A stretch of DNA of 64,000 bases, from NCBI RefSeq assembly GCF_006345805.1, contig NC_043009.1:13392001-13456000 (forward strand), given 5' to 3'. Positions 42,690-55,289 of this stretch are shown piece by piece. The stretch comes from Octopus sinensis. Taxonomy: Eukaryota. Each line of letters starts with the position of its first letter. Position 1 is the stretch's first letter. A program made the translations under genes and the position numbers. The notes under the pieces were generated by a model. That model saw nothing but the letters and a program-made list of their open reading frames with translations, was not told the origin of the DNA and did no database searches.

Positions 42690-43550
42690 CTGCTGGAAAT
42701 ATCTCTGTTTGTGTGCACCAAACCTAATACGTGTGGCTCTCTTCTTATGTTTCCTTTTCAGTTTGAACCTCATTTTCATCTGCATCAAATAGTGATCACT
42801 GCTGATACCCGCACCAGTGGAATAAATGAGGGAAGCCAAAGAGGAATGGATAGCAGACCACTGCAAGATCGTGTAAGCTGGGATAAAGAAGGGCAATAGC
42901 AAGGTTGTTTATGAAATCCTCAAAATCATAACTGAAACAAACACACTGCTACTGCCATTGAGACCAAAACAGGCCTGTTCCTCACAGATGTAGATGATGT
43001 CATCAAAAGTATGTGTAATGCAGATACCTGTACACTCATAAACTTCGTTATGACAGCAACATCTTTGACGATTCCAACAAGAACAACAACAACGATGAAC
43101 TTGGGTCTATTCCAGGTCTCCAGAAAGAATTCAAAGAAGCTGTGCGTATGCTCGAAGATGGGGACTCCTCAGAAACGGATAACAGCCCTGAAATATGTAA
43201 AGCCAAAGTTTATCAAGGCATGAACAGTTACTTGTCAGAAGATACGGCAGGCGAATTAGTGGCCAAAAGAGGGGACCTAATCAGTGATATTACTTATTAC
43301 CAAGAATAAGACTCAGCTAGAACAGCAGAACAATCAGTAAAGTTTTGCTAGGGGTTCTGTTAAAGAGAGAGGAGAACAGGCATAATTTTAGCCCAAAAGG
43401 CTTACAGCGAAGCGGATGTTTAACATTTGACTGCTCTCTCAGAAATATCTACAGCATCATTCAGCTATCACAACTTCATCGACCCTTTCTGTTGCAATCA
43501 TCACGACTTATGCCACACCATGCGTAGGTAAAAAGACGAGAGCTTTTGGT
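42690..43550 (+). mobile_element. RTE-like LINE fragment with an inverted 5' piece
   Basis: Minus-strand GAGISSDHYLMQMKMRFKLK (APE C-terminus, ~42700-42830) abuts plus-strand EAKEEWI...AIETKTGLFLTDVDDVIK and EFKEAVRMLEDG. Confidence 0.6.
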
Positions 43551-44939
43551 TAAGGCATTAGTCGTAATGATTAAAGCACTTTCAACAGAGGAAGGGAGAA
43601 AATAATTAGAAGCAGAACAAGTAACAAAAGTAGCGAAGGTAGAAAGAGAAAAGGAAGAGATAAAAAGAAAATAGAGACAATTAAAAAGGTCGGTTTAGGA
43701 AGAAAGGAAAGGAATACGTGGAATAGAGAAAATAACATCGTTTCGCATAAATTGCCGCATGAAAGATATGTTTATATGCAGGACACGGCGGCTCCACTTT
43801 GTAAGATCTGAGCTAGAATTCCAGCGAGGTAGAACTTAAATTCCAATTTTCTCAGAATCTGACACGTACAACGCTATTCGGATATAGGGGTCGATGAAAT
43901 TGACTGCTTCTTGACATCCTGTATCATTAATATCCATTCATTAGATCCTTCATTAAATATGGTCTACATACGTACCCTTCCTCAGCTCATTTTATACATT
44001 TTTTTCTTTCAAATGATTGATACGCAAGACTATGCTGCCGCCGACAAGTTCTTAAAAGCACAGAATATCTTAGAATAACTGTCTTTAAGTTATCCAAGTT
44101 CCATATCTCATCTTCTGTTATACTGGCGAAAATGTTCGAACAATTTTCAGACGATTTCAACTTTCAATTTCTTTAGTATTCATTAACAATTTTTGTATTC
44201 ATTATCAATTACGGTTATAATTTAGTAAATTTGTATGATTCGTTTCAAAGTTCATCGGCCGTATGATCTTTGAAACTTCTTGATTAAATAGAATAGATTC
44301 CGTCTGGCATCGTCAGCTGATCAACGTCTTTCATCATCAGTAGTGTCTGGCAATCAATGATATTAGCATGCAGTCTCTGTTTAGAAAATTAAAGTATGTT
44401 TGACATGACGTGTCTAGGTTGCAAATGGACAACGATCGGATGTAGAAGGCATTGTACGTAAGCAGGGTTACATTACCTACGTAGCATGTAGGTTATTGAA
44501 AGAATTGAAACGTAGGGCACAAATAGTTGATAGGGTATAATTTAGACACAAACGATTCCATCACCAACATAATGTGAGAAAGATTGATCAAACCATAAGC
44601 CAGTAGTTTCGAGTGCCGATCACGGTGAAGAGCCCGAGCGTGAGTTTATTTATCATTTGCTCGGAAGGAAAGGCAGTGCCTATGACCTTTTTGCAGAAGG
44701 TAGTGCCCATGACCTGTTACAGAGAAGTCTGGCCAGACTGCATGTAAGAAAGTGGACACTGTTAAAGGTGACCAAATGCTACGTGGTAACGTTAAACTGA
44801 GTCACGATTTAAGGTACCCGCCCAAACTCGTAGAGGGACTTTAATTAGGAATGAAAATAGCAGGAACAAATACCGCAAGTCCTATAGTTCGACATTCTGT
44901 CAACCCACCTTGAATTGGCACATTTTTACCGCCCCCAAG

Positions 44940-45055
44940 TGATGATTTTCAAAGTTGACATCAGTAGGATTTGGAACTCATAGCACATAGAGTCGGCCGA
45001 ACATCTAAGAGCAAGCATTATGTCCGACGATTTAACGACTCAGCCAGTTCAGCAC
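44940..45055 (-). mobile_element. SINE family A, diverged head remnant
   Basis: AAAGTTGACATCAGTAGGATTTGGAACTCA resembles the reverse complement of the family A head. Confidence 0.45.
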
Positions 45056-45160
45056 TGGAATATTGTTTGATGGAAACGAGGCGTGGGGGTGATATAGAGT
45101 ATATAAACATAAGTATGTGCGTACTCATGTACATGTTTGCATATTATAATAAAATATCTA

Positions 45161-45249
<89 letters not shown>

Positions 45250-46030
45250 AATGTCAGATCCAGGGATCGAGGTGTAGGAAGAACGTTAACTGCCAGCAAT
45301 CCGTAGTGAATATAAAAATACACCTTTCAGGATCAATAGGAGACGGAAGATTGCGGATTGTTTTCTTTTATCGAAGAACGATGCGTTGAAAAAACGTTCT
45401 GTTTTTGTCCATCGGTGGTCTACCAGGTTTGCCGAGTGTGCGAAAAAGAATACAAAACTTACGGAATGGAGTATGGAAAATCCGAGGTACATATGTTATA
45501 TAGTGAGTGGAACCTCTGAAGTGGTAAAATGCAAGTGAGGTGTACACTGCACACTACTCTTCAGGCCAAGAATATCTTGTTTAGATTAAAGGCTACATTG
45601 TCCCAAGGAGATACATATCGACATAAAAATTCAATCAGAATGTGTCACACAGTAACCGGCGGTATACACCAGACATGGACTTTACCATTTCTGAGCTTCC
45701 ACTTGCTATGAAACATATATAACCCTGATTTCCTATATTCCATTCCGTAAACAAAAGGCTGGAAAAAAACTTTGAGATTTAGTAATATTTATATATATAT
45801 ATATATATATATAGTCAATTTAGGGTAGCAAAAAATTCAATAGAAATTTATCGCTACCAGCGGCCTGGTGGAAAAGAGAAGGTAGTCAACGACTACATAT
45901 ATAAAATAAACAATTTAGGAGTGACCCTAACAGGTCATTCGTCCACCAGAAAGAGCAGCCATAACTCACACCGCCAAGTAGTAGTAATTCAGAAATTAGG
46001 TGAAAATTTAAAAACATTTACCCTAATTCA

Positions 46031-46133
46031 TCTTTTAGACGTTGCAACGTTTCTGTGTCATTAATGATTAAATTAGCTTAATTAAAATAAAATTAAGCCA
46101 ATCTACCATAGGTTACACTTCATCAGTAAAAGA
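46031..46133 (-). ncRNA. Type I hammerhead ribozyme, copy 1
   Basis: Reverse complement reads UCUUUUA-CUGAUGA-A-GUGU...ACAC-A-GAAA-CGUUGCAAC-GUC-UAAAAGA. Predicted cleavage between plus-strand positions 46038 and 46037. Confidence 0.8.
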
Positions 46134-46502
46134 CCTGGAGAGACAATATACACGAGGCGTCTGTATCGATGCCTACGGGATATCTGACTTAAAATTTTCA
46201 AGACTGACGCATTCGCGCCAAACTTATCAGCAGTAAATATAAACTGCCGATTCAATCTCAGAATTAATCAGAAAATTATCAATTAGTCAATTTAGGGTAG
46301 CAAAAAATTCAATAGAAATTTATCGCTACCAGCGGCCTGGTGGAAAAGAGAAGGTAGTCAACGACTACATATATAAATATAACAATTTAGGAGTGACCCT
46401 AACAGGTCATTCGTCCACCAGAAAGAGCAGCCATAACTCACACCGCCAAGTAGTAGTAATTCAGAAATTAGGTGAAAATTTAAAAACATTTACCCTAATT
46501 CA

Positions 46503-46604
46503 TCTTTTAGACGTTGCAACGTTTCTGTGTCATTAATGATTAAATTAGCTTAATTAAAATAAAATTAGCCAATCTACCATAGGTTACACTTCATCAGTAA
46601 AAGA
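46503..46604 (-). ncRNA. Type I hammerhead ribozyme, copy 2
   Basis: Same motif as copy 1. Predicted cleavage between 46510 and 46509, exactly 472 nt from copy 1. Confidence 0.8.
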
Positions 46605-47060
46605 CCTGGGAGAGACAAATATACACGAGGCGTCTGTATCGATGCCTACGGATATCTGACTTAAAATTTTCAAGACTGACGCATTCGCGCCAAACTTATC
46701 AGCAGTAAATATAAACTGCCGATTCAATCTCAGAATTAATCAGAAAATTATCAATTAGTCAATTTAGGGTAGCAAAAAATTCAATAGAAATTTATCGCTA
46801 CCTAAATTGTTATATTTATATATGTAGTCGTTGACTACCTTCTCTTTTCCACCAGGCCGCTGGTAGCGATAAATTTCTATTGAATTTTTTGCTACCCTAA
46901 ATTGACTAATTGATAATTTTCTGATTAATTCTGAGATTGAATCGGCAGTTTATATTTACTGCTGATAAGTTTGGCGCGAATGCGTCAGTCTTGAAAATTT
47001 TAAGTCAGATATCCCGTAGGCATCGATACAGACGCCTCGTGTATATTTGTCTCTCCCAGG

Positions 47061-47163
47061 TCTTTTACTGATGAAGTGTAACCTATGGTAGATTGGCTTA
47101 ATTTTATTTTAATTAAGCTAATTTAATCATTAATGACACAGAAACGTTGCAACGTCTAAAAGA
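47061..47163 (+). ncRNA. Type I hammerhead ribozyme, copy 3 (inverted unit)
   Basis: Helix I TCTTTTA 47061-67 / TAAAAGA 47157-63; core CTGATGA 47068-74; helix II GTGT 47076-79 / ACAC 47136-39; GAAA 47141-44; helix III ACGTTGCAACGT 47144-55; GUC triplet 47154-56. Confidence 0.82.
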
Positions 47164-47283
47164 TGAATTAGGGTAAATGTTTTTAAATTTTCACCTAATT
47201 TCTGAATTACTACTACTTGGCGGTGTGAGTTATGGCTGCTCTTTCTGGTGGACGAATGACCTGTTAGGGTCACTCCTAAATTG

Positions 47284-47332
<49 letters not shown>

Positions 47333-47974
47333 ACTAAAACTCAAAGTTTTTTTTCCAGCCCTTTGTTTAAGATCATAAAGATTACAAATAAAATAGTCAT
47401 TTTCTCCCTTGAAAAAACAAACCAATGTTGACATTTTTCTTCAAACAGCTACGCTTCTTTTCCTTGACTTTTGAATTGCCCTATAATTCTATTAGTAGTA
47501 GCAAGAGGAATTTGAAGATTTTCGGCGATTTTTCTCAGATTGCCCAACAATACGACGTGTTTGAAAATCTGACACTTGTGCTGAATTGGAAAAATATAAC
47601 ATATTTCGTTTGTAACAGATCAAATAACAATTGAAATACTTCTTATTTTCTTACTCGTGTAAAACTTGAAACCTCTATATTTATTTCACTGTGATTCCAC
47701 ATTTTCAGTCTTATCTTTGATGTCACAAATCTCGGAGGTAATGATGGAATGATGACGGAAAAATATAAAATACAGAACACCTGGCTGATACTATCAAAAC
47801 TTCAAAATTAAATACCTGCATCAAAATTATGGCAAGAATAAGCAGCGTAAAATGGGTATCGATGTGGTGCGATGTATGTGCTTGTTTGTATCTGAGGTTC
47901 CTAATAAGCTTTCGTATCTAAATCTATAGATGTATCCTTACGTAGATATGTACAAACACAGATGCACGAACTGT

Positions 47975-48780
<806 letters not shown>

Positions 48781-49454
48781 ACCCATTAAGCCTGCAACGA
48801 GATCTTGTGATTTGGCAAAGTAGATATAATGGAGAAATAATTTCATAAAGTTTGTTACTGATAATATGTCTTCTGTATGTGTATTGACATGAGCAGAAAC
48901 TGTAACATTTTAACCCTTAACATTAAAAAAATTGCATATACATAATTTAAACATCATTTGCCAGAATAAACCTCAGGATAACAAAAATACTATTTTGATA
49001 AGTAACTTCATGATGTTAAAATTGTATAATAAAATAAACGAAATATGACACAGCTTTAGAGAAATACCGTAAAAAATTACAGTCATCAATCTACTACAAC
49101 TGAAATATTTCCAGTTGATATTCCCTGATATTATCGTTGGCACTATAGATTTGACGGACAGATAACAACTTAATTGAATATTTTGCATCATATGTATAAA
49201 AACATATTATCTCTGTCAGTAATGCTTCTTCCTCAGTTACAGTCTTTATAACTAATATATTCTGTAGAAATCATCCTGTTTTTCTTTTATTTGCAAATGT
49301 TCTCGCTTCAATTAAGCATCTCGTATAGCGTCCATGTCAAAAATATCAACATTGATCACGAATTCTTAAAGATGATTACAATAAAAATACACCGAGCAAC
49401 AGGCCACTTCGGGAAGTTTAAAACATGCAGTTATTTTTTATTCTAACAGCTATA

Positions 49455-51120
49455 TTGGGTCATCCCACAAATAATGAGGTTTTGTTTATACATCTTTTAT
49501 TTTTCAAAATTAAGATTAACAACTTTCTTTTTTAATCTAAAATATCCTCTCCTTCATTTTCTATAATGCTCTTCCATCTATCTGGTAGATTTGCAAGACT
49601 CCTCTTCCAAAATTCACTTGTTCGTGATGAAAAGTATTCTTCCAGAACTGTTCAGGCCTTGTCTATATAATTCATATTTTTCCGTCCAAATGATTTTGAA
49701 GACTGCAAAATAAATGATAATCAGATGGGGCAATGTCCGACGAATATGGTGGGTGAGGCATCATTTCCTATTCAAACTGCTCCAGCCTTTGAAATGTCAT
49801 CCTCGCTGAATGTGGCCGAGCATTATCCTGATCGAAGACCAAATTTCGTCTTGAAACCAGAGATGGTTGTTTTGTTTCTAGCGCTGACTTAAGCCTCTCA
49901 AGCTGCTTGCAGTAGATCTCCTTTGTTATCGTTTGGTTTGAGTTTAACAGTTCCAAGTGGACTAAACCTTTAATATCCAACCAAACAGATAACAACACTT
50001 TATTGCGGGTGAAGACCTTCTTTAGCCTGGAATGCTGGTGTTTCTCTTTTCCCTATACGCTATCTTTAGCACTTGATATTTTTGTAGAGAACCCATTTCT
50101 CGTCACTATGCATTCCAAAAAAAGGTTCATTTGTGAGATGTGACAGCAATGAAGAGCACACATTCACTCTCTGCACGCGATTATAGTCGGAAAGTTTGTG
50201 AGGAATCCATTGACCCAATTTGCTGATTTTTTTTCCGATGACATGTAAGTGTCGATGAATGGTTGAATTGAATTGAATTCAATTCAATTCAACTTTTATT
50301 GACTCAAAAAGCAAAAGCAAGGCCATGTAGGGGGACAGGGAGTTATACAAATAGTTCAGGCCATTTCTTGTCAAGAGAGACTTTGAACCGAGCAGTCGTC
50401 GGCATCTTCACTATCTCGTCCGGCAGCTTATTCCACGGATCCGCAACCCGGGCGGAGAAAGCCCCTCTCCTTCGATTGAGATGAAATCGTCGTAGATAGA
50501 GCTTTTCGGAGTGATCCCGCAGCCCACGCTTTTTGAGCAGGAGTGAAGAACTGCTCTTTCGAGAGATTACACTTTCCGCTTATGATGTTGTGAGCGAGAA
50601 TGAGATCCCCACGGCGTCGTCGTTTTTCGAGAGAATAAAGGTCGAGCGTCTTCAGCCTATCAAATCCATGCTTCTCTGCTAATTCCTCAACAGTTACGAT
50701 GGGATTTTGTTCCACCAGAGTTTGCAAGACGACCTTGTCCAGCTCTACAGAGCTTCTAGGACAAGGCTCGACTTCTAGGCTGTAGTTTCTGGCTCGGAAT
50801 TTCTGGAACCACCGTTGACATTAGCTTACGCTTATTGTCCGACCCCCCATATACTACATTAATAGTCCTCGCACTTTCCGTTGCGATGTTGCCTTTATTG
50901 AACACATAAAGCAAAATATTTCGAATCTGTCACTTCCATTATATCTTAGAAAAAATAACTGTTAAAATCGAACTACACTATTCAAAACTTGCACTATGAT
51001 TAAGTTGAAGGTAAAATTACTACTATTTTATAGCGAGTTGATACAGGTGGCTTATGCTGTCCGTCTCCGACTTATAGTTCATACAATTGAAAATAACGCA
51101 TTATTTATGTGATGACCCAA
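49455..51120 (-). mobile_element. Full-length decayed mariner with TIRs and TA TSD, interrupted by a LINE
   Basis: TIRs TTGGGTCATCCCACAAATAATG (49455-76) and CATTATTTATGTGATGACCCAA (51099-120), with TA on both sides. Peptides LLSVWLDIKGLVHLELL, DQDNARPH and HPPYSSDIAPSDYHLF. About 1.27 kb after removing the insert. Confidence 0.92.
50263..50660 (-). mobile_element. 5'-truncated CR1-like LINE 3' end inserted in the mariner
   Basis: RLKTLDLYSLEKRRRRGDLILAHNII and FSARVADPWNKLP are CR1-type RT C-terminal motifs. Tail AATAAAAG(TTGAA)n. Confidence 0.85.
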
Positions 51121-51614
51121 TACTTCTGTATCAATACACTTTTTTATAAATCTACAAATACTATTGTTTATAGGTTATTTGTACAAACGATTCAATGTGC
51201 TCTAGTGTATAACTGATAAATATCAAGTACGGAATGATAAAATCTGGGTCACTCTTTTGGTATTACAGTTTCAAAACTATAGCGGTAAGACTTAATACTG
51301 AAACATTTTTAGTCACGCTTACCTTTCATATTTCTATTTTCTATTTTCTCATTTAATCCATGAAATGACAATTTTACTTATATGACTTTCATGGCCTTCA
51401 AATGAATGTTAAGGATGTCCCTCTCTTTTTCTTTTAAATAACAAGAGTAATTCGTTGTTCTAGTCACCTCTATATTCATACACCTCTGCTATTCAATATA
51501 TCATATGCGGTGAGTGTCCTCGGAAAGTAACTAACGTCAATGCGGCAGGTAACAGCCTAATCTTCGCGCTGGATGACATTTATATTTACGTGTGTCAGGG
51601 AAATAGGATGCATT

Positions 51615-52008
51615 ACTCTTTACTCTTTTGCTTGTTTCAGTCATTTGACTGTGGCCATGCTGGAGCACCGCCTTTAGTCGAGCAAATCGACCCCGGGACT
51701 TATTCTTTGTAAGCCCAGTATTTATTCTATCGGTCTCTATTGCCGAACTGCTAAGTGACGGGGACGTAAACATACCAGCATCGGTTGTCAAGCGATGCTA
51801 GGGGGTCAAACACAGACACACAAACACACACACATATATATATATACATATATACGACAGGCTTCATTCAGTTTCCGTCTACCAAATCCACTCACAAGGC
51901 ATTAGTCGGCCCGGGGCTATAGCAGAAGACACTTGCCCAAGATGCCACGCAGTGGGACTGAACCCGGAACCATGTGGCTGGTTAGCAAGCTACTTACCAC
52001 TCCTGCGC
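51615..52008 (-). mobile_element. SINE family B, full length
   Basis: As for the other family B copies. Confidence 0.9.
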
Positions 52009-53074
52009 ATTAGTTAGTTTTTACAATTAAAATCTCTCAATTGTAATGCATTTTCTGAAATAGCTGGCAAATTATTGTTATCTGCAAGCTGTGGGAGAAT
52101 ATTCTAAGATATAGCTACGCTTCTACGAAGGTTCCTTAGAATCGAGCAATATAACTAGAGTGAATTCATTGGAAAAACGATGGAAGGGCTTCAGGTCCTT
52201 AAATGCAAAACCGTAGAATTTTTATTTGAAAAAGAAACAAATCATATCGACAACTGGAGAAATTCCTGAAAATTGAACTCCATGAAATCACAATGTGGGC
52301 GATGAGTGTTTGAAAAGTTAGTATCGGTTATTTATGCAAACTACCTGGTGCTTAGTCAAGATGTTCATCAGTCAAACACATCATCTACTAATCCAGGGAT
52401 ATCAGTGAATGAGCTAGGTTGACGGTTGACAGACAATAGGAACTTTGTGCATTGAAATCACTTCAGATAAGGAATTTGGCGAAAGAGAATATCAAATAAT
52501 TTACTTTAATGTAGGTAATCCAGTAAATATTGGTGGGCGAAATAATGTAGAAATCGATGGAATCAGCTTTGAAATAGCTGGAATAAGACATCGGAGATAT
52601 TTAAGTATAGTAAATGGCATTAACATCCTCATCGATTACACTAAGTTGTTCAACAGGATTTGGTTATCTTTAGTTGGCTTCTTAAAATTATGTGCTCCTG
52701 GTGGTGAAGTAGGTATTACAAATTTGGAGTGTTTACCATATTATATACCAGTCAGTGCAGCAGATTCCCGAGGCTTTCCTGGTACATTCAAATTCTGTAT
52801 TATCTAGCAGCAAGTTAGCACTGACTGGTGTCTTCTAAGGCAGACTGCTTTTAATTGTAAGTATAGACGGGATCAATTCATCAAGTGTCTGATTTTTCTA
52901 AAAATCAGAGCCTGATATGAATGACTGCGACAAAAAAATTTAAATATATCCAAGGGGCAGGTAGTAGCGTTAAATCTGGTAGGAAGTTTTGTTTACCAAG
53001 AAAAGAAGACGTATCATTATATTACGGGACCAGCATAATATAATGATAAATTTATATATATATTATTTTATTAT

Positions 53075-53440
53075 TTTATTCTTTTACATGTATTAGTCAT
53101 TTGACTGCAGCCATACTGCAGCACCGCCTTAAAGGATTTGTAAGTCTAGTATTTACTATATCAGTTTCTTTTGCCGAAACGATAAGTTATGGCTACATAA
53201 ACACACTAACATCAGTTTTCAAGCGATGTGTCAAACGCAGACACAAACACACACACACATAAATATATATACATACATACGATGGGCATCATTCAGTTTC
53301 CATCTACCAGATCCAGTCACAAGGCTTTGGCCGGCCCGTGGCTATAGTAGAAAACACTTTCCCATGATGGCACGCAGTGGTACTGGTCCCGGATTCATGT
53401 TGTTGGAAAGCAAACTTCTTACCACACAAACACGCAACAA
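53075..53440 (-). mobile_element. SINE family B, diverged copy
   Basis: Head, body and tail recognisable, with more substitutions. Confidence 0.75.
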
Positions 53441-53489
53441 TATATGTGTGTACATATTTAAATGGATATATGCATGCATATATATATAT

Positions 53490-53516
53490 AAGTCTATCTA
53501 TCTATCTATCTATCTA

Positions 53517-53567
<51 letters not shown>

Positions 53568-53602
53568 TTATCTATCCATCCATCTATCTATCTATCCATC
53601 CG

Positions 53603-53648
<46 letters not shown>

Positions 53649-53693
53649 CATCCATCCATCTATCTATCTATCCATCCGTCTATCTATCTATCG

Positions 53694-53753
<60 letters not shown>

Positions 53754-54280
53754 GTCTGTCTTTCTGTCTTTCTGTCTGTCTGTCTCTCTGCCTGTCTGTC
53801 TATCTATCTATCAACATACATATGAGAGGGATGATCACTACGTAGATATCCATTATGCTAGAAGTAGATCCGCCATGGTCTTACCACTAAGAAAAGAATG
53901 TTCTCAAGAAAATTTAGCAACCACCAGAACGTAAGCGAGCAAGACAAATGAAAAGAAAAAAAAATATAGATTAATCATAGACTAGTTTCGCTATTAACAC
54001 TTACGCAAATTACTTACATAATTGTCCAATTTTAATATGCTAGACCACTGGTTTTAAATTGATATTAATCAAATTAATATTCAGATTGCACCCTAATTAT
54101 TTTAAATTTAAATCTAAATATCTCTCTACCTATCTTTCTGACTGTCTATCTATATGTCTATCTATCTATTTGTCTGTCTGTCTATCTGTCTGTCTCTCTG
54201 TCTGTTTGTCTGTCTGTCTATCTATCTGTCTGTCCGTCCGACTGTCTGTCTATATCTCTGTCTGTCTATCTATCTATCTG

Positions 54281-54344
<64 letters not shown>

Positions 54345-54470
54345 GTTATCTAGCTGTCTGTCTATCTAATTAGTTATCCAACTGTCTGTCTATATATCTA
54401 TCTATGTATCTATCTATATATCTATCAATCTATCTTTCTGTCCGACAGTCTGTCTTTCTGTCTGTCTATC
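53490..54470. repeat. (TATC)n/(TCTG)n/(TCCA)n microsatellite fields
   Basis: Read directly. Confidence 0.85.
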
Positions 54471-54849
54471 TAGTTAGAAAAGGTCACACTTTCACCCTTT
54501 CACGCTAAAATCCTTGTTTAGTTTCTGTCATTTCTGCAATAGTCGCTGATGTTTGTTGTTCTTGGTTGGAAGGAAAATATGTAAAAAAAAATTATTTAAT
54601 TGAAATAAATGGTTTAGAAGTAATAAATATTTTAACAGAGCCAAATTCAGACACACAGGCGCTCGCACAAACACACACACGCATACACATACACATAATT
54701 TTATGTATGCACCTATAAATATATGCTTGTTTGTACATTAGTATGCCTGCATATATGTATGTAAATATATATATGTACACATATGTCTATATACATACAG
54801 TATGCACACACTCACACACACATACACACAGAAACACAATTACACACAT

Positions 54850-55170
54850 CTATACCTACCTACTTACCTACAAACATACATACGCACACACATACATGCT
54901 TGCATATATACATACATACATACATGCATACATACATACATACATACATACTTACATACATACTTACATACTTACATACATACATACATACTTACATACA
55001 TAAATACATGCACACATACATACATACTTACATACATACATACATACTTACATACATACATACATACTTACAACATACATACACACATACATACATACAT
55101 ACTTACTTACATACAAACATACATACATACTTACATACATACTTACATACATACATACATATACACTTGA
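54850..55170. repeat. (CATA)n/(CTTA) microsatellite
   Basis: Read directly. Confidence 0.9.
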
Positions 55171-55289
55171 AAGTCGCATCATATCGATTCGTCACATTCC
55201 TTTAACCACAAAATGTCAAAGTGCAGCAGTTGACCAACTTTGCATACATGAGGATGATAACGTTATAAGACTTGTAAGGCAGCTCCTGG

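Larger units (their letters stand above)
45813..47289. mobile_element. Hammerhead-containing tandem/inverted 472-bp repeat element (retrozyme-like or Penelope pseudo-LTR-type, non-coding)
   Basis: Direct units 45813-46284 and 46285-46756, partial unit 46757-46802, then one inverted, circularly permuted unit 46801-47289. Both outer ends run into (TA)n. Copies differ by only a few single-base changes. Confidence 0.85.

Noticed and set aside
45500-45720. CXC-like transposase C-terminus (EVVKCK*GVHC...)
   Set aside because: Too short and degraded to assign by eye.
45813-46756. Second ribozyme on the antisense strand (ambisense, viroid-like replication)
   Set aside because: No CUGANGA core on the opposite strand of the monomer by manual scan. 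Other ribozyme classes were not tested computationally.
46970-47035. Internal Pol III promoter in the monomer (TGGCGCGAATG ... CATCGATAC)
   Set aside because: The box matches are imperfect and TTTT runs lie between and after them, which would terminate Pol III.
45813-47289. CRISPR array or plain satellite interpretation of the 472-bp repeat
   Set aside because: There are no short repeats with unique spacers and the context is eukaryotic. The conserved hammerhead and the inverted unit are not explained by a simple satellite.
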